From Eledone cirrhosa (lineage: Eukaryota): a DNA stretch of 64,000 nt. The notes under the pieces were generated by a model. The model worked only from the letters and a program-made list of their open reading frames with translations. It made no database searches and had not been told where the DNA came from. Both the position numbers and the translations under genes were made by a program. Positions 10,301 to 23,535 of this stretch are shown here, one piece after another. Numbering within the stretch: the stretch's first letter is position 1; the number at the start of each line of letters is the position of its first letter. The stretch lies in NCBI GenBank assembly GCA_964016885.1, contig OZ024746.1, positions 15,810,001-15,874,000 on the forward strand, given 5' to 3'.

Positions 10301-13300
10301 AGGTAGTGTAGGTCAGTGGTGACAATGTAGAGGAGGTAGTGTAGGTCAGTAGTGACAATGTAGAGGAGGTAGTGTAGGTCAGTAGTGACAACAATGTAGA
10401 GGAGGTAGTGTAGGTCAGTAGTGGTGACAATGTAGAGGAGGTAGTGTGGGTCAGTAGTAGTGACAACAATGTAGAGGAGGTAGTGTAGGTCAGTAGTGAC
10501 AATGTAGAGGAGGTAGTGTAGGTCAGTAGTGGTGACAATGTAGAGGAGGTAGTGTAGGTCAGTGGTGACAACAATGTAGAGGAGGTAGTGTAGGTCAGTA
10601 GTGACAACAATGTAGAGGAGGTAGTGTAGGTCAGTAGTGACAATGTAGAGGAGGTAGTGTAGGTCAGTAGTGACAACAATGTAGAGGAGGTAGTGTAGGT
10701 CAGTAGTGACAACAATGTAGAGGAGGTAGTGTAGGTCAGTAGTGGTGACAATGTAGAGGAGGTAGTGTAGGTCAGTAGTAGTGACAACAATGTAGAGGAG
10801 GTAGTGTAGGTCAGTAGTGACAATGTAGAGGAGGTAGTGTAGGTCAGTAGTGGTGACAATGTAGAGGAGGTAGTGTAGGTCAGTGGTGACAACAATGTAG
10901 AGGAGGTAGTGTAGGTCAGTAGTGACAACAATGTAGAGGAGGTAGTGTAGGTCAGTAGTGACAATGTAGAGGAGGTAGTGTAGGTCAGTAGTGACAACAA
11001 TGTAGAGGAGGTAGTGTAGGTCAGTAGTGACAACAATGTAGAGGAGGTAGTGTAGGTCAGTAGTGACAACAATGTAGAGGAGGTAGTGTAGGTCAGTAGT
11101 AGTGACAATGTAGAGGAGGTAGTGTAGGTCAGTAGTGACAATGTAGAGGAGGTAGTGTAGGTCAGTAGTGACAACAATGTAGAGGAGGTAGTGTAGGTCA
11201 GTGGTGACAACAATGTAGAGGAGGTAGTGTAGGTCAGTAGTGACAACAATGTAGAGGAGGTAGTGTAGGTCAGTAGTGACAACAATGTAGAGGAGGTAGT
11301 GTAGGTCAGTAGTGACAATGTAGTGGAGGTAGTGTAGGTCAGTAGTAGTGACAATGTAGAGGAGGTAGTGTAGGTCAGTAGTGACAACAATGTAGAGGAG
11401 GTAGTGTAGGTCAGTAGTGGTGACAATGTAGAGGAGGTAGTGTAGGTCAGTAGTGACAACAATGTAGAGGAGGTAGTGTAGGTCAGTAGTGGTGACAATG
11501 TAGAGGAGGTAGTGTAGGTCAGTAGTGACAATGTAGAGGAGGTAGTGTAGGTCAGTAGTGACAACAATGTAGAGGAGGTAGTGTAGGTCAGTAGTGGTGA
11601 CAATGTAGAGGTGGTAGTGTAGGTCAGTAGTAGTGACAATGTAGAGGAGGTAGTGTAGGTCAGTAGTAGTGACAATGTAGAGGAGGTAGTGTAGGTCAGT
11701 AGTGACAATGTAGAGGAGGTAGTGTAGGTCAGTGGTGACAACAATGTAGAGGAGGTAGTGTAGGTCAGTAGTGACAATGTAGAGGAGGTAGTGTAGGTCA
11801 GTGGTGGTGACAATGTAGAGGAGGTAGTGTAGGTCAGTAGTGACAACAATGTAGAGGAGGTAGTGTAGGTCAGTAGTAACAACAATGTAGAGGAGGTAGT
11901 GTAGGTCAGTGGTGACAATGTAGAGGAGGTAGTGTAGGTCAGTAGTGGTGACAATGTAGAGGAGGTAGTGTAGGTCAGTAGTGACAATGTAGAGGAGGTA
12001 GTGTAGGTCAGTAGTAGTGACAATGTAGAGGAGGTAGTGTAGGTCAGTGGTGGTGACAATGTAGAGGAGGTAGTGTAGGTCAGTAGTGACAATGTAGAGG
12101 AGGTAGTGTAGGTCAGTAGTAGTGACAATGTAGAGGAGGTAGTGTAGGTCAGTAGTGACAACAATGTAGAGGAGGTAGTGTAGGTCAGTAGTAGTGACAA
12201 TGTAGAGGAGGTAGTGTAGGTCAGTAGTGACAATGTAGAGGAGGTAGTGTAGGTCAGTAGTAGTGACAATGTAGAGGAGGTAGTGTAGGTCAGTAGTGAC
12301 AATGTAGAGGAGGTAGTGTAGGTCAGTAGTAGTGACAATGTACAGGAGGTAGTGTAGGTCAGTAGTGACAACAATGTAGAGGAGGTAGTGTAGGTCAGTG
12401 GTGACAATGTAGAGGAGGTAGTGTAGGTCAGTAGTGACAATGTAGAGGAGGTAGTGTAGGTCAGTAGTGACAATGTAGAGGAGGTAGTGTAGGTCAGTAG
12501 TGACAATGTAGAGGAGGTAGTGTAGGTCAGTAGTGGTGACAATGTAGAGGAGGTAGTGTAGGTCAGTAGTGACAATGTAGAGGAGGTAGTGTAGGTCAGT
12601 AGTGACAATGTAGAGGAGGTAGTGTAGGTCAGTAGTAGTGACAATGTAGAGGAGGTAGTGTAGGTCAGTAGTGACAACAATGTAGAGGAGGTAGTGTAGG
12701 TCAGTAGTAGTGACAATGTAGAGGAGGTAGTGTAGGTCAGTAGTGGTGACAATGTAGAGGAGGTAGTGTAGGTCAGTAGTGACAACAATGTAGAGGAGGT
12801 AGTGTAGGTCAGTAGTAGTGACAATGTAGAGGAGGTAGTGTAGGTCAGTGGTGACAATGTAGAGGAGGTAGTGTAGGTCAGTGGTGACAATGTAGAGGAG
12901 GTAGTGTAGGTCAGTAGTGACAATGTAGAGGAGGTAGTGTAGGTCAGTAGTGACAATGTAGAGGAGGTAGTGTAGGTCAGTAGTGACAATGTAGAGGAGG
13001 TAGTGTAGGTCAGTAGTGACAATGTAGAGGAGGTAGTGTAGGTCAGTAGTGGTGACAATGTAGAGGAGGTAGTGTAGGTCAGTAGTGACAATGTAGAGGA
13101 GGTAGTGTAGGTCAGTAGTAGTGACAATGTAGAGGGGGTAGTGTAGGTCAGTGGTGGTGACAATGTAGAGGAGGTAGTGTAGGTCAGTAGTAGTGACAAT
13201 GTAGAGGGGGTAGTGTAGGTCAGTAGTGACAATGTAGAGGAGGTAGTGTAGGTCAGTAGTGACAATGTAGAGGAGGTAGTGTAGGTCAGTAGTAGTGACA

Positions 13301-16300
13301 ATGTAGAGGGGGTAGTGTAGGTCAGTAGTGACAACAATGTAGAGGAGGTAGTGTAGGTCAGTAGTGACAACAATGTAGAGGAGGTAGTGTAGGTCAGTAG
13401 TGACAACAATGTAGAGGAGGTAGTGTAGGTCAGTAGTAGTGACAATGTAGAGGAGGTAGTGTAGGTCAGTGGTGGTGACAATGTAGAGGAGGTAGTGTAG
13501 GTCAGTAGTGACAATGTAGAGGAGGTAGTGTAGGTCAGTAGTGCCAATGTAGAGGAGGTAGTGTAGGTCAGTAGTGACAATGTAGAGGAGGTAGTGTAGG
13601 TCAGTAGTGACAATGTAGAGGAGGTAGTGTAGGTCAGTAGTGACAATGTAGAGGAGGTAGTGTAGGTCAGTAGTAGTGACAATGTAGAGGGGGTAGTGTA
13701 GGTCAGTAGTGACAACAATGTAGAGGAGGTAGTGTAGGTCAGTAGTGACAACAATGTAGAGGAGGTAGTGTAGGTCAGTAGTGACAATGTAGAGGAGGTA
13801 GTGTAGGTCAGTAGTAGTGACAATGTAGAGGAGGTAGTGTAGGTCAGTGGTGGTGACAATGTAGAGGAGGTAGTGTAGGTCAGTAGTAGTGACAATGTAG
13901 AGGAGGTAGTGTAGGTCAGTAGTGACAACAATGTAGAGGAGGTAGTGTAGGTCAGTAGTAGTGACAATGTAGAGGAGGTAGTGTAGGTCAGTGGTGACAA
14001 TGTAGAGGAGGTAGTGTAGGTCAGTAGTGACAATGTAGAGGAGGTAGTGTAGGTCAGTAGTGACAATGTAGAGGAGGTAGTGTAGGTCAGTAGTGACAAT
14101 GTAGAGGAGGTAGTGTAGGTCAGTAGTGACAATGTAGAGGAGGTAGTGTAGGTCAGTAGTAGTGACAATGTAGAGGAGGTAGTGTAGGTCAGTAGTGACA
14201 ACAATGTAGAGGAGGTAGTGTAGGTCAGTAGTGACAATGTAGAGGAGGTAGTGTAGGTCAGTAGTAGTGATAATGTAGAGGAGGTAGTGTAGGTCAGTAT
14301 TAGTGACAATGTAGAGGAGGTAGTGTAGGTCAGTAGTGACAACAATGTAGAGGAGGTAGTGTAGGTCAGTAGTGACAACAATGTAGAGGAGGTAGTGTAG
14401 GTCAGTAGTGACAATGTAGAGGAGGTAGTGTAGGTCAGTAGTGACAATGTAGAGGAGGTAGTGTAGGTCAGTAGTGACAATGTAGAGGAGGTAGTGTAGG
14501 TCAGTAGTGACAATGTAGAGGAGGTAGTGTAGGTCAGTAGTGACAATGTAGAGGAGGTAGTGTAGGTCAGTAGTGACAATGTAGAGGAGGTAGTGTAGGT
14601 CAGTAGTGACAATGTAGAGGAGGTAGTGTAGGTCAGTAGTGACAATGTAGAGGAGGTAGTGTAGGTCAGTAGTAGTGACAATGTAGAGGAGGTAGTGTAG
14701 GTCAGTATTAGTGACAATGTAGAGGAGGTAGTGTAGGTCAGTAGTGACAACAATGTAGAGGAGGTAGTGTAGGTCAGTAGTGACAACAATGTAGAGGAGG
14801 TAGTGTAGGTCAGTAGTGACAATGTAGAGGAGGTAGTGTAGGTCAGTAGTGACAATGTAGAGGAGGTAGTGTAGGTCAGTAGTGACAATGTAGAGGAGGT
14901 AGTGTAGGTCAGTAGTGACAACAATGTAGAGGAGGTAGTGTAGGTCAGTAGTGACAACAATGTAGAGGAGGTAGTGTAGGTCAGTGGTGACAATGTAGAG
15001 GAGGTAGTGTAGGTCAGTAGTGACAATGTAGAGGAGGTAGTGTAGGTCAGTAGTGACAACAATGTAGAGGAGGTAGTGTAGGTCAGTAGTGACAATGTAG
15101 AGGAGGTAGTGTAGGTCAGTAGTGACAATGTAGAGGAGGTAGTGTAGGTCAGTAGTGACAATGTAGAGGAGGTAGTGTAGGTCAGTAGTGACAATGTAGA
15201 GGAGGTAGTGTAGGTCAGTAGTGACAATGTAGAGGAGGTAGTGTAGGTCAGTAGTGACAATGTAGAGGGGGTAGTGTAGGTCAGTAGTGACAATGTAGAG
15301 GAGGTAGTGTAGGTCAGTAGTGACAACAATGTAGAGGAGGTAGTGTAGGTCAGTAGTGACAATGTAGAGGAGGTAGTGTAGGTCAGTAGTGACAATGTAG
15401 AGGGGGTAGTGTAGGTCAGTAGTGACAATGTAGAGGAGGTAGTGTAGGTCAGTAGTGACAATGTAGAGGAGGTAGTGTAGGTCAGTAGTGACAATGTAGA
15501 GGGGGTAGTGTAGGTCAGTAGTGACAATGTAGAGGAGGTAGTGTAGGTCAGTAGTGACAATGTAGAGGAGGTAGTGTAGGTCAGTAGTGACAATGTAGAG
15601 GAGGTAGTGTAGGTCAGTAGTGACAATGTAGAGGAGGTAGTGTAGGTCAGTAGTGACAATGTAGAGGGGGTAGTGTAGGTCAGTAGTGACAACAATGTAG
15701 AGGAGGTAGTGTAGGTCAGTAGTGACAACAATGTAGAGGAGGTAGTGTAGGTCAGTAGTGACAATGTAGAGGAGGTAGTGTAGGTCAGTAGTAGTGACAA
15801 TGTAGAGGAGGTAGTGTAGGTCAGTAGTGACAACAATGTAGAGGAGGTAGTGTAGGTCAGTAGTGACAATGTAGAGGAGGTAGTGTAGGTCAGTAGTGGT
15901 GACAATGTAGAGGAGGTAGTGTAGGTCAGTAGTGACAATGTAGAGGAGGTAGTGTAGGTCAGTAGTGACAACAATGTAGAGGAGGTAGTGTAGGTCAGTA
16001 GTGACACCAATGTAGAGGAGGTAGTGTAGGTCAGTAGTGACAACAATGTAGAGGAGGTAGTGTAGGTCTGTAGTGGTGACAATGTAGAGGAGGTAGTGTA
16101 GGTCAGTAGTGACAACAATGTAGAGGAGGTAGTGTAGGTCAGTAGTGACAACAATGTAGAGGAGGTAGTGTAGGTCAGTAGTGACAATGTAGAGGAGGTA
16201 GTGTAGGTCAGTAGTGACAATGTAGAGGAGGTAGTGTAGGTCAGTAGTGACAATGTAGAGGAGGTAGTGTAGGTCAGTAGTAGTGACAATGTAGAGGAGG

Positions 16301-19300
16301 TAGTGTAGGTCAGTAGTAGTGACAATGTAGAGGAGGTAGTGTAGGTCAGTAGTGACAACAATGTAGAGGAGGTAGTGTAGGTCAGTAGGTACAATGTAGA
16401 GGAGGTAGTGTAGGTCAGTAGTGACAATGTAGAGGAGGTAGTGTAGGTCAGTAGTGACAACAATGTAGAGGAGGTAGTGTAGGTCAGTAGTGACAATGTA
16501 GAGGAGGTAGTGTAGGTCAGTAGTGACAACAATGTAGAGGAGGTAGTGTAGGTCAGTAGTGACAACAATGTAGAGGAGGTAGTGTAGGTCAGTAGTGACA
16601 ACAATGTAGAGGAGGTAGTGTAGGTCAGTAGTGGTGACAATGTAGAGGAGGTAGTGTAGGTCAGTAGTGACAACAATGTAGAGGAGGTAGTGTAGGTCAG
16701 TAGTGACAACAATGTAGAGGAGGTAGTGTAGGTCAGTAGTGACAACAATGTAGAGGAGGTAGTGTAGGTCAGTAGTGACAACAATGTAGAGGAGGTAGTG
16801 TAGGTCAGTGGGGACAATGTAGAAGAGGTAGTGTAGGTCAGTAGTGACAACAATGTAGAGGAGGTAGTGTAGGTCAGTAGTGACAATGTAGAGGAGGTAG
16901 TGTAGGTCAGTAGTGACAACAATGTAGAGGAGGTAGTGTAGGTCAGTAGTGACAATGTAGAGGAGGTAGTGTAGGTCAGTAGTGACAACAATGTAGAGGA
17001 GGTAGTGTAGGTCAGTAGTGACAACAATGTAGAGGAGGTAGTGTAGGTCAGTAGTGACAACAATGTAGAGGAGGTAGTGTAGGTCAGTAGTGACAACAAT
17101 GTAGAGGAGGTAGTGTAGGTCAGTAGTGACAACAATGTAGAGGAGGTAGTGTAGGTCAGTGGTGACAATGTAGAGGAGGTAGTGTAGGTCAGTAGTGACA
17201 ACAATGTAGAGGAGGTAGTGTAGGTCAGTAGTGACAACAATGTAGAGGAGGTAGTGTAGGTCAGTAGTGACAATGTAGAGGAGGTAGTGTAGGTCAGTAG
17301 TGACAACAATGTAGAGGAGGTAGTGTAGGTCAGTAGTGACAATGTAGAGGAGGTAGTGTAGGTCAGTAGTGACAATGTAGAGGAGGTAGTGTAGGTCAGT
17401 AGTGACAATGTAGAGGAGGTAGTGTAGGTCAGTGGTGACAATGTAGAGGAGGTAGTGTAGGTCAGTAGTGGTGACAATGTAGAGGAGGTAGTGTAGGTCA
17501 GTAGTGACAACAATGTAGAGGAGGTAGTGTAGGTCAGTAGTGACAATGTAGAGGAGGTAGTGTAGGTCAGTAGTGGTGACAATGTAGAGGAGGTAGTGTA
17601 GGTCAGTAGTGACAACAATGTAGAGGAGGTAGTGTAGGTCAGTAGTGGTGACAATGTAGAGGAGGTAGTGTAGGTCAGTAGTGACAACAATGTAGAGGAG
17701 GTAGTGTAGGTCAGTAGTGACAACAATGTAGAGGAGGTAGTGTAGGTCAGTAGTGACAACAATGTAGAGGAGGTAGTGTAGGTCAGTAGTGGTGACAATG
17801 TAGAGGAGGTAGTGTAGGTCAGTAGTGACAACAATGTAGAGGAGGTAGTGTAGGTCAGTAGTGACAATGTAGAGGAGGTAGTGTAGGTCAGTAGTGACAA
17901 TGTAGAGGAGGTAGTGTAGGTCAGTAGTGACAACAATGTAGAGGAGGTAGTGTAGGTCAGTAGTGGTGACAATGTAGAGGAGGTAGTGTAGGTCAGTAGT
18001 GACAATGTAGAGGAGGTAGTGTAGGTCAGTAGTGACAACAATGTAGAGGAGGTAGTGTAGGTCAGTAGTGACAACAATGTAGAGGAGGTAGTGTAGGTCA
18101 GTAGTGACAATGTAGAGGAGGTAGTGTAGGTCAGTGGTGACAATGTAGAGGAGGTAGTGTAGGTCAGTAGTGACAACAATGTAGAGGAGGTAGTGTAGGT
18201 CAGTAGTGACAACAATGTAGAGGAGGTAGTGTAGGTCAGTAGTGACAACAATGTAGAGGAGGTAGTGTAGGTCAGTAGTGACAATGTAGAGGAGGTAGTG
18301 TAGGTCAGTAGTGACAATGTAGAGGAGGTAGTGTAGGTCAGTAGTGACAACAATGTAGAGGAGGTAGTGTAGGTCAGTAGTGGTGACAATGTAGAGGAGG
18401 TAGTGTAGGTCAGTAGTGACAATGTAGAGGAGGTAGTGTAGGTCAGTAGTGACAACAATGTAGAGGAGGTAGTGTAGGTCAGTAGTGACAATGTAGAGGA
18501 GGTAGTGTAGGTCAGTAGTGACAACAATGTAGAGGAGGTAGTGTAGGTCAGTAGTGACAACAATGTAGAGGAGGTAGTGTAGGTCAGTAGTAGTGACAAT
18601 GTAGAGGAGGTAGTGTAGGTCAGTAGTGACAACAATGTAGAGGAGGTAGTGTAGGTCAGTAGTGACAATGTAGAGGAGGTAGTGTAGGTCAGTAGTGACA
18701 ATGTAGAGGAGGTAGTGTAGGTCAGTAGTGACAATGTAGAGGAGGTAGTGTAGGTCAGTAGTAGTGACAATGTAGAGGAGGTAGTGTAGGTCAGTAGTGA
18801 CAACAATGTAGAGGAGGTAGTGTAGGTCAGTAGTGACAATGTAGAGGAGGTAGTGTAGGTCAGTAGTGACAATGTAGAGGAGGTAGTGTAGGTCAGTAGT
18901 GACAATGTAGAGGAGGTAGTGTAGGTCAGTGGTGACAATGTAGAGGAGGTAGTGTAGGTCAGTAGTGACAATGTAGAGGAGGTAGTGTAGGTCAGTAGTG
19001 ACAATGTAGAGGAGGTAGTGTAGGTCAGTAGTGACAATGTAGAGGAGGTAGTGTAGGTCAGTAGTGACAATGTAGAGGAGGTAGTGTAGGTCAGTAGTGA
19101 CAATGTAGAGGAGGTAGTGTAGGTCAGTAGTGACAACAATGTAGAGGAGGTAGTTTAGGTCAGTAGTGACAACAATGTAGAGGAGGTAGTGTAGGTCAGT
19201 AGTGACAATGTAGAGGAGGTAGTGTAGGTCAGTAGTGACAACAATGTAGAGGAGGTAGTGTAGGTCAGTAGTGACAATGTAGAGGAGGTAGTGTAGGTCA

Positions 19301-20202
19301 GTAGTGACAACAATGTAGAGGAGGTAGTGTAGGTCAGTAGTGACAACAATGTAGAGGAGGTAGTGTAGGTCAGTAGTGGTGACAATGTAGAGGAGGTAGT
19401 GTAGGTCAGTAGTGACAATGTAGAGGAGGTAGTGTAGGTCAGTAGTGATGACAATGTAGAGGAGGTAGTGTAGGTCAGTAGTGGTGACAATGTAGAGGAG
19501 GTAGTGTAGGTCAGTAGTGACAACAATGTAGAGGAGGTAGTGTAGGTCAGTAGTGACAACAATGTAGAGGAGGTAGTGTAGGTCAGTAGTGGTGACATTG
19601 TAGAGGAGGTAGTGTAGGTCAGTAGTGACAACAATGTAGAGGAGGTAGTGTAGGTCAGTAGTGACAACAATGTAGAGGAGGTAGTGTAGGTCAGTAGTGA
19701 CAACAATGTAGAGGAGGTAGTGTAGGTCAGTAGTGACAACAATGTAGAGGAGGTAGTGTAGGTCAGTAGTGACAACAATGTAGAGGAGGTAGTGTAGGTC
19801 AGTAGTGACAACAATGTAGAGGAGGTAGTGTAGGTCAGTAGTGACAACAATGTAGAGGAGGTAGTGTAGGTCAGTAGTGACAATGTCGAGGAGGTAGTGT
19901 AGGTCAGTAGTGACAACAATGTAGAGGAGGTAGTGTAGGTCAGTAGTGACAACAATGTAGAGGAGGTAGTGTAGGTCAGTAGTGACAACAATGTAGAGGA
20001 GGTAGTGTAGGTCAGTAGTGACAACAATGTAGAGGAGGTAGTGTAGGTCAGTAGTGACAACAATGTAGAGGAGGTAGTGTAGGTCAGTAGTGACAACAAT
20101 GTAGAGGAGGTAGTGTAGGTCAGTAGTGACAACAATGTAGAGGAGGTAGTGTAGGTCAGTAGTGACAACAATGTAGAGGAGGTAGTGTAGGTCAGTAGTG
20201 AC
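7346..20202 (+). repeat. ~12.9-kb satellite of 33/36/39-bp units, GACAA(CAA)TGTAGAGGAGGTAGTGTAGGTCAGTAGT(RGT)
   Basis: Several hundred near-identical tandem units. Length variants are whole triplets. Confidence 0.98.
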
Positions 20203-20326
20203 AGACAGACACCAGTCTTTGTCTATAAATTATTCAACATGGAAGGGAGGAGAGTTGAGGTGAAATTATTGAATTCTGTCTTTTTTTTAATTATTTCATT
20301 AACAATATTGAACATCAATATAATAT

Positions 20327-20684
20327 TGTTGTGGTTGTTGTTACTGTCGTTGTGGTGGTGGTGGTGGTGGTGGTGGTGGTGGTGGTGGTGTTGGTGGTGG
20401 TGGTGGTGGTAGAGGTGGTGGTGGTATTAGTGTTAGTAGTAGTAGTGGTGGTGGTGGTGGTAGTATTAGTGTTAGTAGCTGTAGTAGTGGTGGTGGTGGT
20501 GGTGGTATTAGTGTTAGTAGTAGTAGTAGTAGTGGTGGTGGTGGTGGTATTAGTGTTAGTAGTAGTAGTAGTAGTGGTGGTGGTGGTATTAGTGTTAGTA
20601 GCAGTAGTAGTGGTGGTGGTTGTGGTGGTGGTGGTATTAGTGTTAGTAGTAGTAGTAGTAGTAGTAGTAGCGGCGGTGGCGGCC

Positions 20685-20718
<34 letters not shown>

Positions 20719-20730
20719 TAGTAGTAGTAG
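20327..20730 (+). repeat. (GGT/AGT)n compound microsatellite
   Basis: Directly visible, with a recurring GGTATTAGTGTTAGT spacer. Confidence 0.9.
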
Positions 20731-20999
20731 GAAGTCTACACACCTCTCCAATGATGGGATTAGTAAAGTTACAAATTACAAAGAAAAACTAAAGACCTTG
20801 CATAAAATAGCAGATTGACTAGGTTTGTAAATTTTAAGAAAGGTCATTTTTCTTCTGTATAAACATAGATTAATAAATCTACAACTGTTAACTTTATTGA
20901 AACCAAACCCCTTGTTACTGCCACTTGGTTTTACAATACAAAATTATTTGTTTTAAACTGTTTAGATTTATCTTTAATAATTTCCCCATAATTGTGAGA

Positions 21000-21305
21000 A
21001 AGTTACTTATTTTAGCAAATTCCTCCAAATTCTTCATTACTTTCAAGATTATTTGAAAACCATAGACAGTGTCTTTCATTAGAAATTTGGTAATAAAAGA
21101 GTTTAAAGTGTTTATGTTTATCTAAAAACCTTCCATCATAAATTTATGTAAGAACCTTTGCTAAATGATGTTCTAAACACCAGCTTCATAATGAGAAAGT
21201 TAGCTATATAACTAAATCCTTCTAAATTCCTGATTATTTTCAAAATTATTTGAAAATCATAGACCGTGTCTTCCATTAAAAATATGGCAAAGAGTTTAAA
21301 TGTTT
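21000..21305 (-). repeat. Inverted tandem copies of the 1100-1480 dispersed repeat
   Basis: The reverse complement matches 1262-1470 (e.g. GAAAATCATAGAC.GTGTCTTCCATTA). Confidence 0.7.
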
Positions 21306-21315
21306 ATATTTCATA

Positions 21316-21790
21316 TAAATTGGTTTCTGATTTAGGCAAAATGCCAACAATTTTTTTTTCTTGGAAACGGGGGTGGGGTGATTAAATTAACCCAGTACAT
21401 TACTGGTGCATTATTTTATCAATCCCGTAAGGATGAAAGGCAAAGCTAACCTCAGCATGTAAAGACATCTAAGTAATTTTTCTGGTTGCTGACACTAACA
21501 ATTCTGTCAAGCCACCACGCTAATAATAATTGTTTCTACTTTTGGCACAAGACCAGCAAACACCCAGTACATTACTGGTACTTTATTTTATCGACCCCGT
21601 AAGGATGAAAGGCAAAGTTAACCTGGGCGGGATTTGAACTTAGACCATAAAGGGCCGTAACTCTTTGCTTGCAAAGCATGGTGTCCAACCCTCTACTGAT
21701 ACTGCCAATCCACCGCCCTTTAATAATTGTTTCTACTTTTGGCACAAGGCCATCAATTGCCCAGTACATTACTGGTACTTTATTTTAATA
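21316..21790 (-). mobile_element. Cluster of three SINE family A copies (full-length copy at about 21526-21718)
   Basis: Same core and tail as 774-953. Confidence 0.8.
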
Positions 21791-22126
21791 CCTAATAATA
21801 ATAACAATAATAATAATATATTGTTAAGTAGCAAAGTAATTCATGTTTGTTGTAGATCAATGACCTTGTAACATAACTTCTCCTGAATGAAGTAAAGTAC
21901 CAGTGATTTATTCTCAGATGTCAGCATATAAGTAAGCATGACCAATTGTGTTAGTCCTTAATTTCTCCTCTTATGACCTTTTGACCCCCTCACATTACCC
22001 TTCATCTCCTCATACTCCCTCATATTCCCTCATATCCCCCATTAATCCACTGACTCACTCACACTTCCTTCAATCTCTAAAACAATATTTACTCATCATT
22101 TTCTATTGTTTCAGTGTTTGTACAAC

Positions 22127-22186
<60 letters not shown>

Positions 22187-22588
22187 TCTTTTCTGCTTCT
22201 AATAGATATCTTCACACTCAGGGACTCTCTCAAATCTTCATTGTCAGGAATAATAATAACCATCATCATTCCATATCCCTTTTTATCCATCCTGGCATGG
22301 GTTGGATGGGTTAGCCAAGCTGGAGCAATCAATCTTCCTCATTATGTTCTATATTTGCCATTCAGCATTAATTGATGTTAGATTTTTCAATATTAGTATT
22401 CTCTCCTAACTTAGTATTTTGTATTTTTTCTTTGATTCTATTTACACATATACAGCTTTTCTCTCTCTCCTCTCTCTCTCTTCCAACTCCCCCCCCCCTC
22501 TCTCTCTATATATATCATTATCATCATCATCATTTTTACGTCCGCTTTTCCCTGCTTGCAAGGGTATATATATATATATATATATATA

Positions 22589-22724
22589 TGAAAAAAAGGA
22601 AAAGAATGACTAAATTGATTTAATTTTATAATATTATAATATTAATTTTATAATATTATAATATTATAAAATTAAATCAATTTGTTTAGAACTACAAGTG
22701 AAGTCATTCTTTTCCTTTTTTTCA
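22589..22724. repeat. AT-rich nested palindrome
   Basis: Perfect 32-bp arms at 22612-22643 and 22652-22683, plus outer arms at 22589-22611 and 22702-22724. Confidence 0.85.
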
Positions 22725-22788
22725 AATATACCTAACTGTACCAAGGATTTCAAACATTTTCCAATATATATATATATATATGGATACA

Positions 22789-22847
<59 letters not shown>

Positions 22848-23283
22848 GTAGATAAATCTACCAAGAGTTTACGGTAGTGTCCAATCCGTATGAAGAACTC
22901 AATGTATTCCGGATATCATGGAAAGAAGAGATGTAATGAAAAATCACTTTCGGTGAAAGATAAACGGTATACAGAGTCAAGATAAAATATTAAACAAATA
23001 ATGAATAAAACAATGAAACAGTTCCTTATATTAAACAAAAAAAGTTCATTATTTAACGATCGTTTCAATATTCAATGATTATTTCTGAAGACGGCGTATA
23101 TGTGTGTTTGGTATGTATATTTAATCTTGATAGTTTGTATAATTTTGTATAATTTTGTACATAGATCTGTTGAATATGCATGCCAATTCTAACACATATA
23201 TATCCTAGAAACGATCGTTAAATAATGAACTTTTTTTGTTTAATATAAGGAACTGTTTCATTGTTTTATTCATTATTTGTTTA

Positions 23284-23292
<9 letters not shown>
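22848..23292. mobile_element. Non-coding hammerhead-bearing insert with an inverted duplication, within (TA)n
   Basis: 85-bp inverted repeat at 22982-23066 and 23208-23292. (TA)n flanks both sides. Confidence 0.7.
23078..23226 (+). ncRNA. Type I hammerhead ribozyme with intact core and long stem II
   Basis: Stem I ATTATTT (23078-84)/AAATAAT (23220-26); CTGAAGA 23085-91; stem II TATATGTGT/ACACATATA and TTGGTATGTATATTTAA/TTGAATATGCATGCCAA; GAAAC 23208-12; palindromic GATC; GTT 23217-19. Confidence 0.8.
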
Positions 23293-23325
<33 letters not shown>

Positions 23326-23535
23326 TGTATGTATATATATATATGCATGTATGTATATATATATATATAAAGGCATCATTTTACGTCTACTTTACCTTGC
23401 TTGCAAGGGTGGGACATGTCCTCTTCAGCACAGTATTCGTCACGGTCCTTCGTCATCTCCTCTGTGAGCTTCAGCAATCTGAGGTCAGCTCGCAACACCT
23501 TCACCCATGTTTTTCATATATATATATATATATTT

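Noticed and set aside
6948-20171. 4063-aa and 338-aa ORFs
   Set aside because: They are translations of a triplet-structured satellite, with no unique domain or true ATG start context.
7346-20202. CRISPR-like array
   Set aside because: There are no unique spacers or cas genes, and the context is eukaryotic. The same applies to the 49-bp, 31-bp and 60-bp arrays.
1100-21305. Inverted repeats bracketing 20 kb as one giant transposon
   Set aside because: The arms are diverged copies of a dispersed repeat with no target-site duplication, so independent insertion is simpler.
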